Part shown: positions 19,454-28,687 of the stretch, piece by piece
Numbering within the stretch: position 1 is the first letter of the stretch
How the letters are laid out: every line of letters starts with the position of its first letter
DNA from: Micromonospora polyrhachis
Lineage (GTDB): Bacteria; Actinomycetota; Actinomycetes; Mycobacteriales; Micromonosporaceae
DNA: 32,000 nucleotides
Direction: 5' to 3'
NCBI RefSeq assembly: GCF_014203835.1
Contig: NZ_JACHJW010000001.1
Location: 2,285,176-2,317,175 of the forward strand
Notes under the pieces: model-generated
Seen by the model: the letters and a program-made list of their open reading frames with translations, nothing else
The model's database searches: none
What the model was told of the DNA's origin: nothing
Position numbers and translations under genes: made by a program

Positions 19454-20073
19454 GAGAGTGCCCCGAGCAGCGTGGCGACGACACGTGCCGGATCAGCGGC
19501 GGAAGAGATCGCCCCCACCACCGCGATCCCGTACGCGCCAGCGGCCAACAGAGCGGGTACCCGATCGACGGTCACACCCCCGATCGCGACGACCGGTACG
19601 TCCACCGCGTCGACCACCGCCCGGATGCCAATCGGGCCGATCGGCGGTGGCAGACCGTTTTTCGTCGTGGTGGCGTGACACGGACCGACACCCAGATAGC
19701 TGGCTCCGGCTGTCACCGCCCTGGCAGCCGTTCCCGGGTCCCGGGCGGTGGCACCGAGTACGGCGGACGGCCCGAGCACCCGCCGGGCAGCGGCCACCGG
19801 CAGGTCGTCGGCACCGACGTGTCCGCCCGCCGCGCCGACCGCCAGCGCGACGTGCAACCGGTCGTTGACCAGCCAGGTCGCCCCGACCTCGGTGCACAGT
19901 TCGGCGGTCCGGACCGCCAGGTCGTACGCCTCCCGGTCGCTGGCGGTGTCCTCGACCCGGACCTGCACCACGAGGTCCGGACCGGCCACGGAGAGCGCGG
20001 CTCGGACGACGGTGAGCGGATCACGCCCGGGTCGGGTGTCGGTGACGAGATGCAGTCGTCCCAGGGACAGCAC
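19447..20073 (-). CDS. thiE: Thiamine-phosphate synthase
   Basis: 208 aa. LHLVTD...VVQVR...WLVNDRLHVALAVGAAGGHVGADDL...GATARD...ASYLGVGPCHATTTK...PVVAIGGV matches canonical ThiE motifs. The GTG start lies 6 nt downstream of the riboswitch end, with GGGAGGAG as the SD. Confidence 0.92.
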   Translation of the reverse strand: MLSLGRLHLVTDTRPGRDPLTVVRAALSVAGPDLVVQVRVEDTASDREAYDLAVRTAELCTEVGATWLVNDRLHVALAVGAAGGHVGADDLPVAAARRVLGPSAVLGATARDPGTAARAVTAGASYLGVGPCHATTTKNGLPPPIGPIGIRAVVDAVDVPVVAIGGVTVDRVPALLAAGAYGIAVVGAISSAADPARVVATLLGALSC

Positions 20074-20075
20074 GG

Positions 20076-20172
20076 CAACACTCCTCCCTGCGCCGGCATT
20101 ACCCGGATCAGGTTCGACGGTCGGGGGCTGTCAGCCCCCCTCTCAGCCCGGTCCACCGGGCTCCCGTGGGTT
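20076..20172 (-). promoter_or_regulatory. TPP (THI-box) riboswitch leading the thi operon
   Basis: The reverse strand reads cccacgggagcccggtggaccgggCUGAGAggggggcugacagcccccgACCgucGAACCUGAUCcggGUAAUGCCGGCGcAGGGAggag. The CUGAGA bulge, ACC...GAACCUGAUC...UAAUGCC.GCG and AGGGA core are all present in the right order. The SD GGAGG is embedded in the 3-prime closing segment. Confidence 0.93.
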
Positions 20173-20184
20173 ACTTCCTCGCCG

Positions 20185-20213
20185 AGGCTACGACGTCGGG
20201 GACATCAAGTAAA
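20185..20213 (-). promoter_or_regulatory. Candidate promoter for the thi operon (TTTACT-17 nt-TAGCCT)
   Basis: On the minus strand the -35-like tttact is the complement of 20208-20213. It is separated by 17 nt from the -10-like tagcct (TANNNT type; complement of 20185-20190). This puts a start site just upstream of the riboswitch. The call rests on a hexamer match only. Confidence 0.3.
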
Positions 20214-20247
20214 GAGAGGTGACGGGGCGCACTCGCGCCAGAAGGCA

Positions 20248-20286
20248 ACCAGGCACGTCGATCGACAACGATGCGACGTGCCTGGT
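20248..20286 (-). terminator. 13-bp perfect hairpin downstream of the aldo/keto reductase gene
   Basis: accaggcacgtcg (20248-20260), 13-nt loop, cgacgtgcctggt (20274-20286). On the minus strand it lies 15 nt after the stop at 20301 and is followed by ugccuucu. Confidence 0.6.
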
Positions 20287-20300
20287 CGTCCAGCTGTCAC

Positions 20301-21257
20301 CTACCGGAGAAGGGCGTTCAGATCGGCCAGGTCCTCGGCGGACGGCAGCCAGGTGCCGGCGGCGGCGTTGGCGCGTACCTGGTCGGGAGTGGTGGCTCCG
20401 GCGATCACCGAGGTGACCGCCGGCTGGGCGGCCAGCCCGCCGATCGCGACCTGGAGCATGGTGAGCCCGCGCTCGACGGTGTACTTCTCGATCGCCTCGA
20501 TGGTGTCCCACGGCGCGGCGGCCAGACGCTCGGCGTAGCGTCCACCACCGGCCAGCCGGCTCCCCGTCGGCGGCTGCTCGTTGCGCTTGTACTTGCCGGT
20601 GAGCAGCCCGTTGGCCAGCGGGAAGAACGGCAGCAGCCCCAGGCCGAAGTGCTCGCAGGCCGGTACGACCTCCTGCTCCGCGTCCCGCTGGAGCAGGTTG
20701 TAGAGGTTCTGTGCGCTGACGAACGGGGTCAGGCCCTTGGCCCGGGCGACCCAGGCGGCGTCCGCGATCTGCCACCCGGTGAAGTTGGAGTTGCCGAGGT
20801 AGCGCACCTTGCCGGCCCGGACGAGATCGTCCAGCGCGGCCAGGGTCTCCTCGATCGGGGTGCCCGGGTCCGGCTCGTGCATCTGGTAGAGGTCGATGTA
20901 GTCGGTGCCCAGCCGACGCAGCGACGCCTCCACGGCCCGCGCGACGTAGCGCCGGGCACCCCGGGCACCGTGGTCCGGCCCGTTCATCCCGGACATGTCC
21001 ATACCGAACTTCGTCGCCACCACCACGTCGTCCCGCCGGCCCCGCAGGGCCGCACCGAGCTGCTCCTCCGAGCCGCCGTGCGGTTCGCCGTAGATGTCGG
21101 CGGTGTCGAAGAAGTTGATCCCCGCGTCCAGGGCGGCGTCGACCACCGCCCGGGTGCCGTCGACGTCGAGCTTGCGGCCGAAGTTGTTGCAGCCGATCCC
21201 CACCACGGACACCACGAGTCCGGAGTTACCGAGCCGGCGATAGGTCATCTCAGTCAC
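20301..21257 (-). CDS. Aldo/keto reductase
   Basis: 318 aa. YRRLGNSGLVVSVVGIGCNNFG...INFFDTADIYG...ATKFG...YIDLYQMHEPD...GKVRYLGNSNF are classic AKR motifs. Confidence 0.92.
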   Translation of the reverse strand: MTEMTYRRLGNSGLVVSVVGIGCNNFGRKLDVDGTRAVVDAALDAGINFFDTADIYGEPHGGSEEQLGAALRGRRDDVVVATKFGMDMSGMNGPDHGARGARRYVARAVEASLRRLGTDYIDLYQMHEPDPGTPIEETLAALDDLVRAGKVRYLGNSNFTGWQIADAAWVARAKGLTPFVSAQNLYNLLQRDAEQEVVPACEHFGLGLLPFFPLANGLLTGKYKRNEQPPTGSRLAGGGRYAERLAAAPWDTIEAIEKYTVERGLTMLQVAIGGLAAQPAVTSVIAGATTPDQVRANAAAGTWLPSAEDLADLNALLR

Positions 21258-21366
21258 GCGATCAACCCTATGCCCGGGACCATCCCCGCGACCCGGCGAC
21301 GGCTCGGTTGGCCAGCGCGATCGCGGTGATCAGTGCCGCTGTCCCCTGTTCAGCAAGGGGGCTTCC

Positions 21367-23079
21367 CTACACCCCCCACACCGGCTCGGGGGTTTCCACC
21401 ACCTCGCCGTCCCCCTGGAAGAGTACGAAGCGGTCGAACGACCGGGTGAACCAGCGGTCGTGGGTGACGGCGATGACCGTGCCCTCGAAGGCCCGCAGCC
21501 CCTCCTCAAGGGATTCCGCCGACGCCAGGTCCAGGTTGTCGGTGGGCTCGTCGAGCAACAGCAGGGTCGCCCCGGAAAGCTCCAACAACAGTACGAGGAA
21601 GCGCGCCTGCTGCCCACCGGAGAGCGACCCGAACCGCTGGTCACCCTGTCCGGCCAGCTCGTACCGGCTCAGCGCGGCCATGGCGGCGTGCCGGTCCATG
21701 CCGGCCCGGTGCTCGTCCCCGCGCCAGAGCACGTCGACCAGCGTACGGTCCATCAACTCCGGCCGGTCGTGGGTCTGCGAGAAGTGCCCGGGGCGGACCC
21801 GGGCCCCCAGCCGGGCCACCCCGTCGTGCCGCACCGGCGTCAGGTCCAGACCCCCGGCGAGCGGCACGACAGCCGGATCCGGATCGGTGCCGCCCCGAGC
21901 CAGCAGCCGCAGGAAGTGCGACTTGCCCGTCCCGTTCGCCCCGAGCACCGCCACCCGGTCGCCGTACCAGAGTTCCAGGTCGAACGGGAAGGTCAGACCG
22001 TCCAGCTCCAGCTGTTCGCACATCACCGCGCGCTTGCCGGTACGTCCGCCGCTCAGCCGCATCCGGATGTCCTGGTCCTTCGGTGGCAGCGGCGGCGGCC
22101 CCGCCTCCTCGAACTTGCGCAGCCGGGTCTGTGCGGCCTGATACCGCGAAGCCATCCCATCGTTGTAGGCGGCCTTCTGCTTGTACATCAGCATCAGCTC
22201 ACGCAGCTTCTGGTGTTCCTCGTCCCACCGTTTGCGCTGCTCCTCAAGGCGGCCGTGCCGGGCCACCCGCGCCTCGTGCCAGGTGGCGAAACTGCCCGGA
22301 TGCACCCAGGCGCTACCGCCCTCCACCGCCACCACGCGGTCGGAGGTCTGGGCCAGTAGTTCCCGATCGTGCGAGACGTAGAGCACCGACTTCGAGGACT
22401 CGCGCAGCCGGCCCTCCAGCCACCGCTTACCGGGTACGTCGAGGAAGTTGTCCGGCTCGTCGAGCAGCAGCACCTCGTCCGTGCCGCGCAGCAGCAACTC
22501 CAGCGCGAACCGCTTCTGCTGCCCGCCGGAGAGGGTACGTACCGGCCGGCGCCGGGTCTGTTCCCAGGGCAGGCCGAGCACGATCGTCGACACCGTGTCG
22601 AAGAGCACCTCGGCGTCGTACCCGCCGGCCTCGCCCCAGGCGGCCAGCGCGTCCGCGTACGTCATCTGCGCCTTGCCGGCGGCGGTGCTGTACTTGCCGC
22701 GTACCTCGGCGGCGTGCATCGTCGCCTCGGCGGCGACCAGCCGCTCCCCGGCGGCTCGTAACGCCGGGGCGGCGAGGGAGAGCGCCAGCTCCGCCAGTTC
22801 GGTCTCGTCGCCGATCATGCCGATGAACTGCCGCATCACCCCCAGGCCACCGCTGCGGGCGATGGCACCGACCTTGGTCGGCAGGTCACCGGCGACCATC
22901 CGGAGCAGGGTGGTCTTACCGGCACCGTTCGGCCCGACCAGGGCGACCTTGGCCCCCTCGCCCACTCGGAACGACACGTCGGCGAAGAGTTCCCGGCCGT
23001 CCGGCAGCGTGTACCCGAGCCCGGCGACGTCTATGTAACCCACGTCGGCATCCTGCCCGACCCCGACGGGTCGCGGCAT
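21367..23079 (-). CDS. ABC-F family ATPase (two NBDs, no TM domain; translation-factor / ribosome-protection class)
   Basis: Two full cassettes: GPNGAGKTT...LSGGQQKR...LLLDEPDNFLD and GANGTGKSH...LSGGQQAR...LLLDEPTDNLD. They are joined by a charged helical linker of about 70 aa (HEARVARHGRLEEQRKRWDEEHQKLRELMLMYKQKAAYN...). An alternative GTG start at 23043 gives VGYIDVAGL. Confidence 0.9.
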   Translation of the reverse strand: MPRPVGVGQDADVGYIDVAGLGYTLPDGRELFADVSFRVGEGAKVALVGPNGAGKTTLLRMVAGDLPTKVGAIARSGGLGVMRQFIGMIGDETELAELALSLAAPALRAAGERLVAAEATMHAAEVRGKYSTAAGKAQMTYADALAAWGEAGGYDAEVLFDTVSTIVLGLPWEQTRRRPVRTLSGGQQKRFALELLLRGTDEVLLLDEPDNFLDVPGKRWLEGRLRESSKSVLYVSHDRELLAQTSDRVVAVEGGSAWVHPGSFATWHEARVARHGRLEEQRKRWDEEHQKLRELMLMYKQKAAYNDGMASRYQAAQTRLRKFEEAGPPPLPPKDQDIRMRLSGGRTGKRAVMCEQLELDGLTFPFDLELWYGDRVAVLGANGTGKSHFLRLLARGGTDPDPAVVPLAGGLDLTPVRHDGVARLGARVRPGHFSQTHDRPELMDRTLVDVLWRGDEHRAGMDRHAAMAALSRYELAGQGDQRFGSLSGGQQARFLVLLLELSGATLLLLDEPTDNLDLASAESLEEGLRAFEGTVIAVTHDRWFTRSFDRFVLFQGDGEVVETPEPVWGV

Positions 23080-23110
23080 CCGAGTTTCCGGCCCACTGCC
23101 ATGGCAGCGC

Positions 23111-23725
23111 TCAGTGGGTGACCCGGAACACCCGGTAGCCCTTCTGGCTGGCGTGCCGCTCCACTCTCCAGCCCTGCTCGATCAGCCACTGTTGGAGTGA
23201 GTCGCCACCGAGGTGGCGGGCCACCACGAGCCAGGCGACCCCGTCCGGAGCCAGCCTCGGTAGCCAGCGCAGCAGCATCGTGTGCAACTCCGCCTTGCCG
23301 ACCCGGATCGGCGGGTTGGACCAGAGCTGCGCGAACATGACATCGCCCGGGACGTCGTCCGGCGCGGACACCCGGACCCGGTCGGCCACGTCGACCCGGG
23401 TCGCGTTCTCGGCGGCGAGTTCCCGGGCCCGTTCGTTGACGTCGACCGCCCAGACGGTCGCCGCCGGTGCCGAGGTCGCGAGCACGCAGGTGATCGGCCC
23501 GTAGCCGCAGCCCAGGTCGAGCAGCGGGCCGGCGGTCTCCGGTCCGGGCAGATCGGCCTTACGCAGCAGTACGGCGGTGCCGGGGTCGAGCCGATCGGCG
23601 GAGAAGACCCCGCCGGCGGTGGTCAACTGGTAGTCCCGACCGGCGACGGAGAACTCGATGTCGCGGCGGTGCGGGGAGGTACCGGGCTGGACGCTGAAGT
23701 AGTGTTCGCCGCTCACGTCAGGCAT
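23111..23725 (-). CDS. Class I SAM-dependent methyltransferase, MTS small domain (RsmC/RlmG-like)
   Basis: 204 aa with motif I LLDLGCGYGPI and motif IV SNPPIRVG, typical of N2-guanine rRNA/nucleic-acid methyltransferases. Confidence 0.82.
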   Translation of the reverse strand: MPDVSGEHYFSVQPGTSPHRRDIEFSVAGRDYQLTTAGGVFSADRLDPGTAVLLRKADLPGPETAGPLLDLGCGYGPITCVLATSAPAATVWAVDVNERARELAAENATRVDVADRVRVSAPDDVPGDVMFAQLWSNPPIRVGKAELHTMLLRWLPRLAPDGVAWLVVARHLGGDSLQQWLIEQGWRVERHASQKGYRVFRVTH

Positions 23726-23757
23726 TGTCGCCTACCGGCATAGTGTCCCCGAGCCGA

Positions 23758-23880
23758 CGGTCGGATCCCCAGGGCCGCCGGGCCGGTCGGTCGCCCCCCG
23801 GTCGGATCCCCAGGGCCACCGGGCCACCGGGCCACCGGGCCGGTCGGGCCGGTCGGTCGGGCCGGTCGGTCGGGCCGGTC
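23758..23880. repeat. Compound GC-rich microsatellite region between truA and the methyltransferase gene
   Basis: cggtcggatccccagggcc occurs twice (23758 and 23799, 41-nt period). caccgggc occurs three times in tandem (about 23817-23840). Then there are nested cggtcgggccggt / cggtcggtcgggc repeats up to the truA stop (23879-23881). Confidence 0.85.
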
Positions 23881-24796
23881 ACTGCCGGGCTCCGACCCGC
23901 AACCGGCGGGTCTGCTCCGCCCGGCGGGCGTACTCGGCCGGTTCGTCGGGGTAGCCGACCGCCACCAGGGTCAGCCCGTGCGGCGGGGCCACGGTCACCT
24001 CACTGGACCGGTCCCGCCGGCTGAGCAGGCTCGCCGGCCACTGCACCGCTCGGCGTCCGTCGCCGGCCACCAGCATCGCGCCGACCAGGCTGCGCACCAT
24101 CGACTGGCAGAACGCGTCGGCCTGCACCGTGGCCACCAGGATGCCGTCCGGGTCACGTCGCCAGTCCAGTCGGGTGATCTCCCGCAGGGTGGTGGCGTGT
24201 TCCTTGCGCCGACAGTACGCCGCGAAGTCGTGCTCGCCGACCAGACCGGCGGCGGCATCGTTGAGCGCCGCCAGGTCCAGCGACCGGGGCCAGGCCAGGA
24301 TCTCGTGTCGACGTAGCGGCTCCGCCCCGTGCGGAGCATCGGTGACCCGGTACTCGTAGCGGCGGAAGGTGGCCGAGAAGCGCGCGTCGAACTCGGCTGG
24401 CACCTCGGTCACGGCCCGAACCCGTACGTCCCCGGGGAGCAGGCCGGCAAGTCGGCGCAGCAGGGTCCCCTGTAGCGCCTGCCATGCGATGGTGAGCAGA
24501 TCGACGTGACAGACCTGGCCGGTGGCATGCACCCCGGCATCCGTACGACCGGCCACGGTCAGCCCGGTCACCGCAGGTGGGCCCGCCATCGGCTCCGCCA
24601 CCGTCACGTCAGCGACGGTTCCCGCCTCGGTCAGGTCCACTGGTGCCCGGCGGGTCGGTCCCGCGCCGCCGAAGATGCGGTCCAGCGCCTCGGTCAGCAC
24701 CCCGGCGACGGTACGCCGCCCCGGCTGGGCCGCCCAACCGGAGAAGGCGGTGCCGTCATAGGCGACGTCCAGCCGTACCCGGGTGTGTGTCTCCAC
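23879..24796 (-). CDS. truA: tRNA pseudouridine(38-40) synthase
   Basis: RVRLDVAYDGTAFSGWAAQPG...VAGRTDAGVHATGQV...FDARFSA..RRYEY is canonical TruA. I prefer the GTG at 24796 (VETHTRVRLDV), preceded by gggggga. The track start at 24829 lies inside a 14-bp hairpin. Confidence 0.9.
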   Translation of the reverse strand: METHTRVRLDVAYDGTAFSGWAAQPGRRTVAGVLTEALDRIFGGAGPTRRAPVDLTEAGTVADVTVAEPMAGPPAVTGLTVAGRTDAGVHATGQVCHVDLLTIAWQALQGTLLRRLAGLLPGDVRVRAVTEVPAEFDARFSATFRRYEYRVTDAPHGAEPLRRHEILAWPRSLDLAALNDAAAGLVGEHDFAAYCRRKEHATTLREITRLDWRRDPDGILVATVQADAFCQSMVRSLVGAMLVAGDGRRAVQWPASLLSRRDRSSEVTVAPPHGLTLVAVGYPDEPAEYARRAEQTRRLRVGARQ

Positions 24797-24816
24797 TCGA
24801 TCCCCCCAGATAGCGT

Positions 24817-24852
24817 CCGGGCCTGACACCCCGGGAAGGGTGTCAGGCCCGG
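24817..24852 (-). terminator. Perfect 14-bp hairpin between rplQ and truA (terminator/attenuator candidate)
   Basis: ccgggcctgacacc (24817-24830), loop ccgggaag, ggtgtcaggcccgg (24839-24852). It lies 17 nt downstream of the rplQ stop. There is no U-tract. Confidence 0.5.
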
Positions 24853-24868
24853 ATCTGCCCGTTGTCGC

Positions 24869-25432
24869 TCAGGACTTGGTCTCGCCTGCCTCGTCGCTGT
24901 CCTCGCGGGCAGCCGGCGTGTCGCCCGACACCGACTCCGGCGCGTCGGCGTCCTGGTCGGCGTCGGCCGACTGCGGCGCGGTGCTCTCGTCCGACGGAGC
25001 GAGCGCCTCGACCTTGTCCTGCTGCGCCGTCTTGCGGGCAGCGGTCTTCTTGTTGGCGGCCGGAGCTGCGACGACCAACTCCTCGACCAGCTCGATGATC
25101 GCCATCGGGGCAGCGTCACCCTTACGCGGACCGATCTTCACGATCCGGGTGTAGCCACCCGCACGGTTGGCGTACCGGGGCGCGATCTGGTCGAACAGGG
25201 CGTAGACCACGTCCTTGTCCCGTACGACGGACAGCACCCGCCGCCGAGCGGCCAGGTCACCACGCTTGGCCTTGGTGATGAGCTGCTCCGCGAGGGGCCG
25301 CAGCCGCTTGGCCTTGGTCTCGGTGGTCCGGATCTTGCCGTGCTGGAACAGCGAGGTGGCCAGGTTGGCCAGCATCAGCCGCTCGTGCGCGGGGCTGCCG
25401 CCGAGGCGGGGGCCCTTGGTGGGCGTGGGCAT
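24869..25432 (-). CDS. rplQ: 50S ribosomal protein L17 with a C-terminal Ala/Asp/Glu-rich extension of about 60 aa
   Basis: [46 protein letters not shown]...[18 protein letters not shown] gaggag. Confidence 0.97.
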   Translation of the reverse strand: MPTPTKGPRLGGSPAHERLMLANLATSLFQHGKIRTTETKAKRLRPLAEQLITKAKRGDLAARRRVLSVVRDKDVVYALFDQIAPRYANRAGGYTRIVKIGPRKGDAAPMAIIELVEELVVAAPAANKKTAARKTAQQDKVEALAPSDESTAPQSADADQDADAPESVSGDTPAAREDSDEAGETKS

Positions 25433-25462
25433 GCTTGGTGCTCCTCAGTAGTGGCAGCGGAT

Positions 25463-26485
25463 CTAGAGCTGCTCGGTCTCGCGGTAGTCGTCGGTGTCGT
25501 AGTCAGCCTCGCCGAAGGCGTCCACGACCTGTGCCGGGTCGAAGTTCGGAGCCGAGTCCTTCAGCCCCAGACCCATCCCAGCCAGCTTCATCTTGACCTC
25601 GTCGATCGACTTCTGACCGAAATTCCGGATGTCGAGGAGGTCGGCCTCGGTACGCCCGATGAGCTCACCAACGGTGTTGATGCCCTCGCGCTTGAGGCAG
25701 TTGTAGGAGCGGACGGTGAGGTCCAGCTCCTCGATCGGCAGGGCCAGATCGGCAGCCAGCTGGGCGTCCTGCGGGGACGGGCCGATGTCGATGCCCTCAG
25801 CGGTCTCGTCCAGTTCCCGGGCTAGGCCGAAGAGCTCGACGAGGGTGGAGCCGGCCGAGGCCAGCGCGGTACGCGGCCCGATCGACGGCTTGGTCTCGAC
25901 GTCGATGATCAGCCGGTCGAAGTCGGTACGCTGCTCGACCCGGGTCGCCTCGACGCGGTAGGTCACCTTCAGCACCGGCGAGTAGATCGAGTCGATCGGG
26001 ATCCGGCCGATCTCGGCACCGGCCTGCTTGTTCTGCGCGGCGGTGACGTAGCCGCGACCCCGCTCGACGGTCAGCTCCATGTCGAGCCGGCCCTTGCCGT
26101 TGAGCGTGGCGAGCTTCAGGTCGGGGTTGTGCACCGAGACACCGGCCGGCGGCTGGATGTCACCGGCGGTCACGTCACCGGGGCCCTGCTTGCGCAGGTA
26201 CATGCTGACCGGCTCGTCGTGGTCGGAGCTGACGCACAGCTCCTTGACGTTCATGACGAGTTCGACCACGTCTTCCTTGACGCCGGGGATGGTGGTGAAC
26301 TCGTGCAGGACACCGTCGATCTTGATCGACGTCACGGCCGCGCCCGGGATGGACGACAGCAGCGTACGCCGCAGCGAGTTGCCCAGGGTGTAGCCGAAGC
26401 CCGGCTCGAGTGGCTCGATGGTGAACCGGGAACGGGTCTCGCTGATCGACTCCTCGGAGAGGGTCGGCCGCTGGGTGATGAGCAT
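25463..26485 (-). CDS. rpoA: DNA-directed RNA polymerase subunit alpha
   Basis: 340 aa: [12 protein letters not shown]...[43 protein letters not shown]...[16 protein letters not shown]. Confidence 0.98.
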   Translation of the reverse strand: MLITQRPTLSEESISETRSRFTIEPLEPGFGYTLGNSLRRTLLSSIPGAAVTSIKIDGVLHEFTTIPGVKEDVVELVMNVKELCVSSDHDEPVSMYLRKQGPGDVTAGDIQPPAGVSVHNPDLKLATLNGKGRLDMELTVERGRGYVTAAQNKQAGAEIGRIPIDSIYSPVLKVTYRVEATRVEQRTDFDRLIIDVETKPSIGPRTALASAGSTLVELFGLARELDETAEGIDIGPSPQDAQLAADLALPIEELDLTVRSYNCLKREGINTVGELIGRTEADLLDIRNFGQKSIDEVKMKLAGMGLGLKDSAPNFDPAQVVDAFGEADYDTDDYRETEQL

Positions 26486-26604
26486 TTCTTCTCTTCTCTT
26501 CCGGGGACGCCCGCTATATGACGCCCGCCTGATGTGGTGCTGGGCCGGTCAGCCCATCGGGGCCCCGCTCGGGGTCGCCAGCGGCGACCCCGAGCGAGTT
26601 CCGA

Positions 26605-27231
26605 TCACTTCGAGTAGAGCTCGACGATCAGCTGCTCCTGGACCTGCGTGTCGATGACCTGCCGGGCCGGGAGCGAGTGCACCAGGATCTTCATCTGGCT
26701 GGGGATCGCCTCCAGCCACGCCGGCACCGTCTTCGAACCGGCCTCGGCCTGCGCCACGATGAACGGCGTCAGCTCCTTGGACTTGGCCCGGACCTCGACG
26801 ATGTCGTGCTCCTTGACCCGGTACGACGGAATGTCGACCTTCTTGCCGTTGACCATGAAGTGGCCGTGCTTGACAACCTGGCGGGCCATGTCCCGGGACT
26901 TGGCGTAGCCAGCCCGGTAGACCACGTTGTCCAGCCGCGACTCGAGGATCTGCAGGAGAGCCTCACCGGTCTTACCCGGCTTGGCCACGGCCTCCTCGTA
27001 GTAACCGCGGAACTGCTTCTCCAGCACGCCGTAGACGCGGCGGGCCTTCTGCTTCTCACGAAGCTGGAGCAGGTACTCGGTCTCCTTGGTGCGGCCCCGG
27101 CCGTGCTGCCCGGGCGGGAACGGCCGGGACTCGAACGGGCACTTCGGGCCATCGCACTTGCTGCCCTTGAGGAACAGCTTCATCTTCTCCCGCCGGCAAC
27201 GGCGGCAGTCAGCACCGGTGTAACGAGCCAT
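26605..27231 (-). CDS. rpsD: 30S ribosomal protein S4
   Basis: 208 aa: MARYTGADCRRCRREKMKLFLKG.KC...SEYLLQLREKQK-like segments and a C-terminal S4 domain. Confidence 0.98.
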   Translation of the reverse strand: MARYTGADCRRCRREKMKLFLKGSKCDGPKCPFESRPFPPGQHGRGRTKETEYLLQLREKQKARRVYGVLEKQFRGYYEEAVAKPGKTGEALLQILESRLDNVVYRAGYAKSRDMARQVVKHGHFMVNGKKVDIPSYRVKEHDIVEVRAKSKELTPFIVAQAEAGSKTVPAWLEAIPSQMKILVHSLPARQVIDTQVQEQLIVELYSK

Positions 27232-27244
27232 CTCTCTCTACCTC

Positions 27245-27652
27245 TCAGACCCGGCGACGCTTCGGCGGACGGCACCCGTTGTGCGGCTGCGGGGTGACGT
27301 CGGCGATCTGGCCGACCTCAAGCCCAGCGGCCTGCAGCGAACGGATGGCGGTCTCCCGGCCGGAGCCGGGGCCCTTGACGAACACGTCTACCTTGCGCAT
27401 GCCGTGATCCATCGCCCGACGCGCGGCGGCCTCGGCGGCCATCTGCGCGGCGAACGGCGTCGACTTGCGGGAGCCCTTGAACCCCACCTGACCAGCGGAG
27501 GCCCAGGAGATGACGGCACCGGTCGGGTCCGTGATGGACACGATGGTGTTGTTGAAGGTGCTCTTGATATGCGCCTGCCCGTGGGCGACGTTCTTGCGTT
27601 CCTTGCGCCGGACCTTCTTTACGGCGGCCCCGGCACGAGCCTTCGGTGGCAT
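27245..27652 (-). CDS. rpsK: 30S ribosomal protein S11
   Basis: 135 aa: ...[46 protein letters not shown]... Confidence 0.98.
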   Translation of the reverse strand: MPPKARAGAAVKKVRRKERKNVAHGQAHIKSTFNNTIVSITDPTGAVISWASAGQVGFKGSRKSTPFAAQMAAEAAARRAMDHGMRKVDVFVKGPGSGRETAIRSLQAAGLEVGQIADVTPQPHNGCRPPKRRRV

Positions 27653-27802
27653 AAGTCTGTGCGCTCCTAGTTGACTTCCCGGTACCGGTTACGGCCCAGC
27701 CGCACTCGGCGGGCCTGGACCGGTGTTGCCGGTCACCTTTCCCAGTATCAGGTGGGAGTCCGGCCGACCTCGACGGACGCCGACCTGGATTCCGGTTAAG
27801 GG

Positions 27803-28183
27803 TTACTTCTTGCCGGGCTTCTTCTTGCCGGCGACGGTCCGCTTCGGGCCCTTGCGGGTCCGGGCGTTGGTCCGGGTCCGCTGGCCACGCACGGGCAGAC
27901 CCCGGCGGTGCCGGATGCCCTCGTAGCAGCCGATCTCGACCTTGCGGCGGATGTCAGCGGCGACCTCGCGGCGCAGGTCGCCCTCTACCTTGTAGTTCGC
28001 CTCGATGTGATCGCGGAGCTGAACGAGCTCCTCGTCAGTGAGGTCCTTGGCGCGCTTGTCCGGGGAGATACCGGTCGCGGCGAGCGTTTCAACCGCCCGG
28101 GTCCGACCGACCCCGAAGATGTAGGTGAGCGCGATCTCCATCCGCTTGTCGCGGGGGAGGTCGACGCCAGCTAGACGTGCCAT
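27803..28183 (-). CDS. rpsM: 30S ribosomal protein S13
   Basis: 126 aa: [30 protein letters not shown]... RBS gaggag. Confidence 0.98.
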   Translation of the reverse strand: MARLAGVDLPRDKRMEIALTYIFGVGRTRAVETLAATGISPDKRAKDLTDEELVQLRDHIEANYKVEGDLRREVAADIRRKVEIGCYEGIRHRRGLPVRGQRTRTNARTRKGPKRTVAGKKKPGKK

Positions 28184-28409
28184 GTGCGGGCGTACTCCTC
28201 ATGGTGTGTCGCGGAGGTCTGGACCCGACCCACCCCGATCCGACCGTCGCGGCTCGGTGTCGTTGACGCCGGGACCGGTGTGGTCGTTGCCCGATCGGGC
28301 CCCGGCCTCCGACCGGGGGTCAGCCACGAGTACGCGTACGCAATGCGCTTCGCTGCTCGTGGCTGGGACGAGCTTGTGTTGTTGTACGGACCTGCGCAGC
28401 CGGGGCCAA

Positions 28410-28523
28410 TCAGCCCTGGCGCTGCTTGTGGCGCGGATCGGTGCAGATCACCATGATCCGGCCGTGCCGGCGAATCACCCGGCACTTGTTGCAGATCCTC
28501 TTGACGCTCGGCTTGACCTTCAC
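28410..28523 (-). CDS. rpmJ: 50S ribosomal protein L36
   Basis: Too short for the ORF track. My hand translation of the reverse strand from the GTG (complement of 28521-28523) gives (M)[36 protein letters not shown] followed by a stop. That is 37 aa with the canonical zinc-ribbon L36 sequence. Confidence 0.93.
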   Translation of the reverse strand: MKVKPSVKRICNKCRVIRRHGRIMVICTDPRHKQRQG

Positions 28524-28687
28524 GGTTGCCTTACTTCCCATCTACGCCCGGCAGCGTCAGCAGACGCGGCATCGGACCTCGAAGACGGACACGGGACGTC
28601 CCGGCCGCTGTCAGTAACTGATGAACGATTGACTGGACGCAACACCGCTTCCCGGGTGCGACCGGGAGGGTGCTCGTCCAAGCAGGT

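Noticed and set aside
20271-22826. Plus-strand ORFs 20271..21329 (352 aa), 21308..22141, 21460..22359 and 22083..22826
   Set aside because: They are antisense shadows of the aldo/keto reductase and ABC-F genes.
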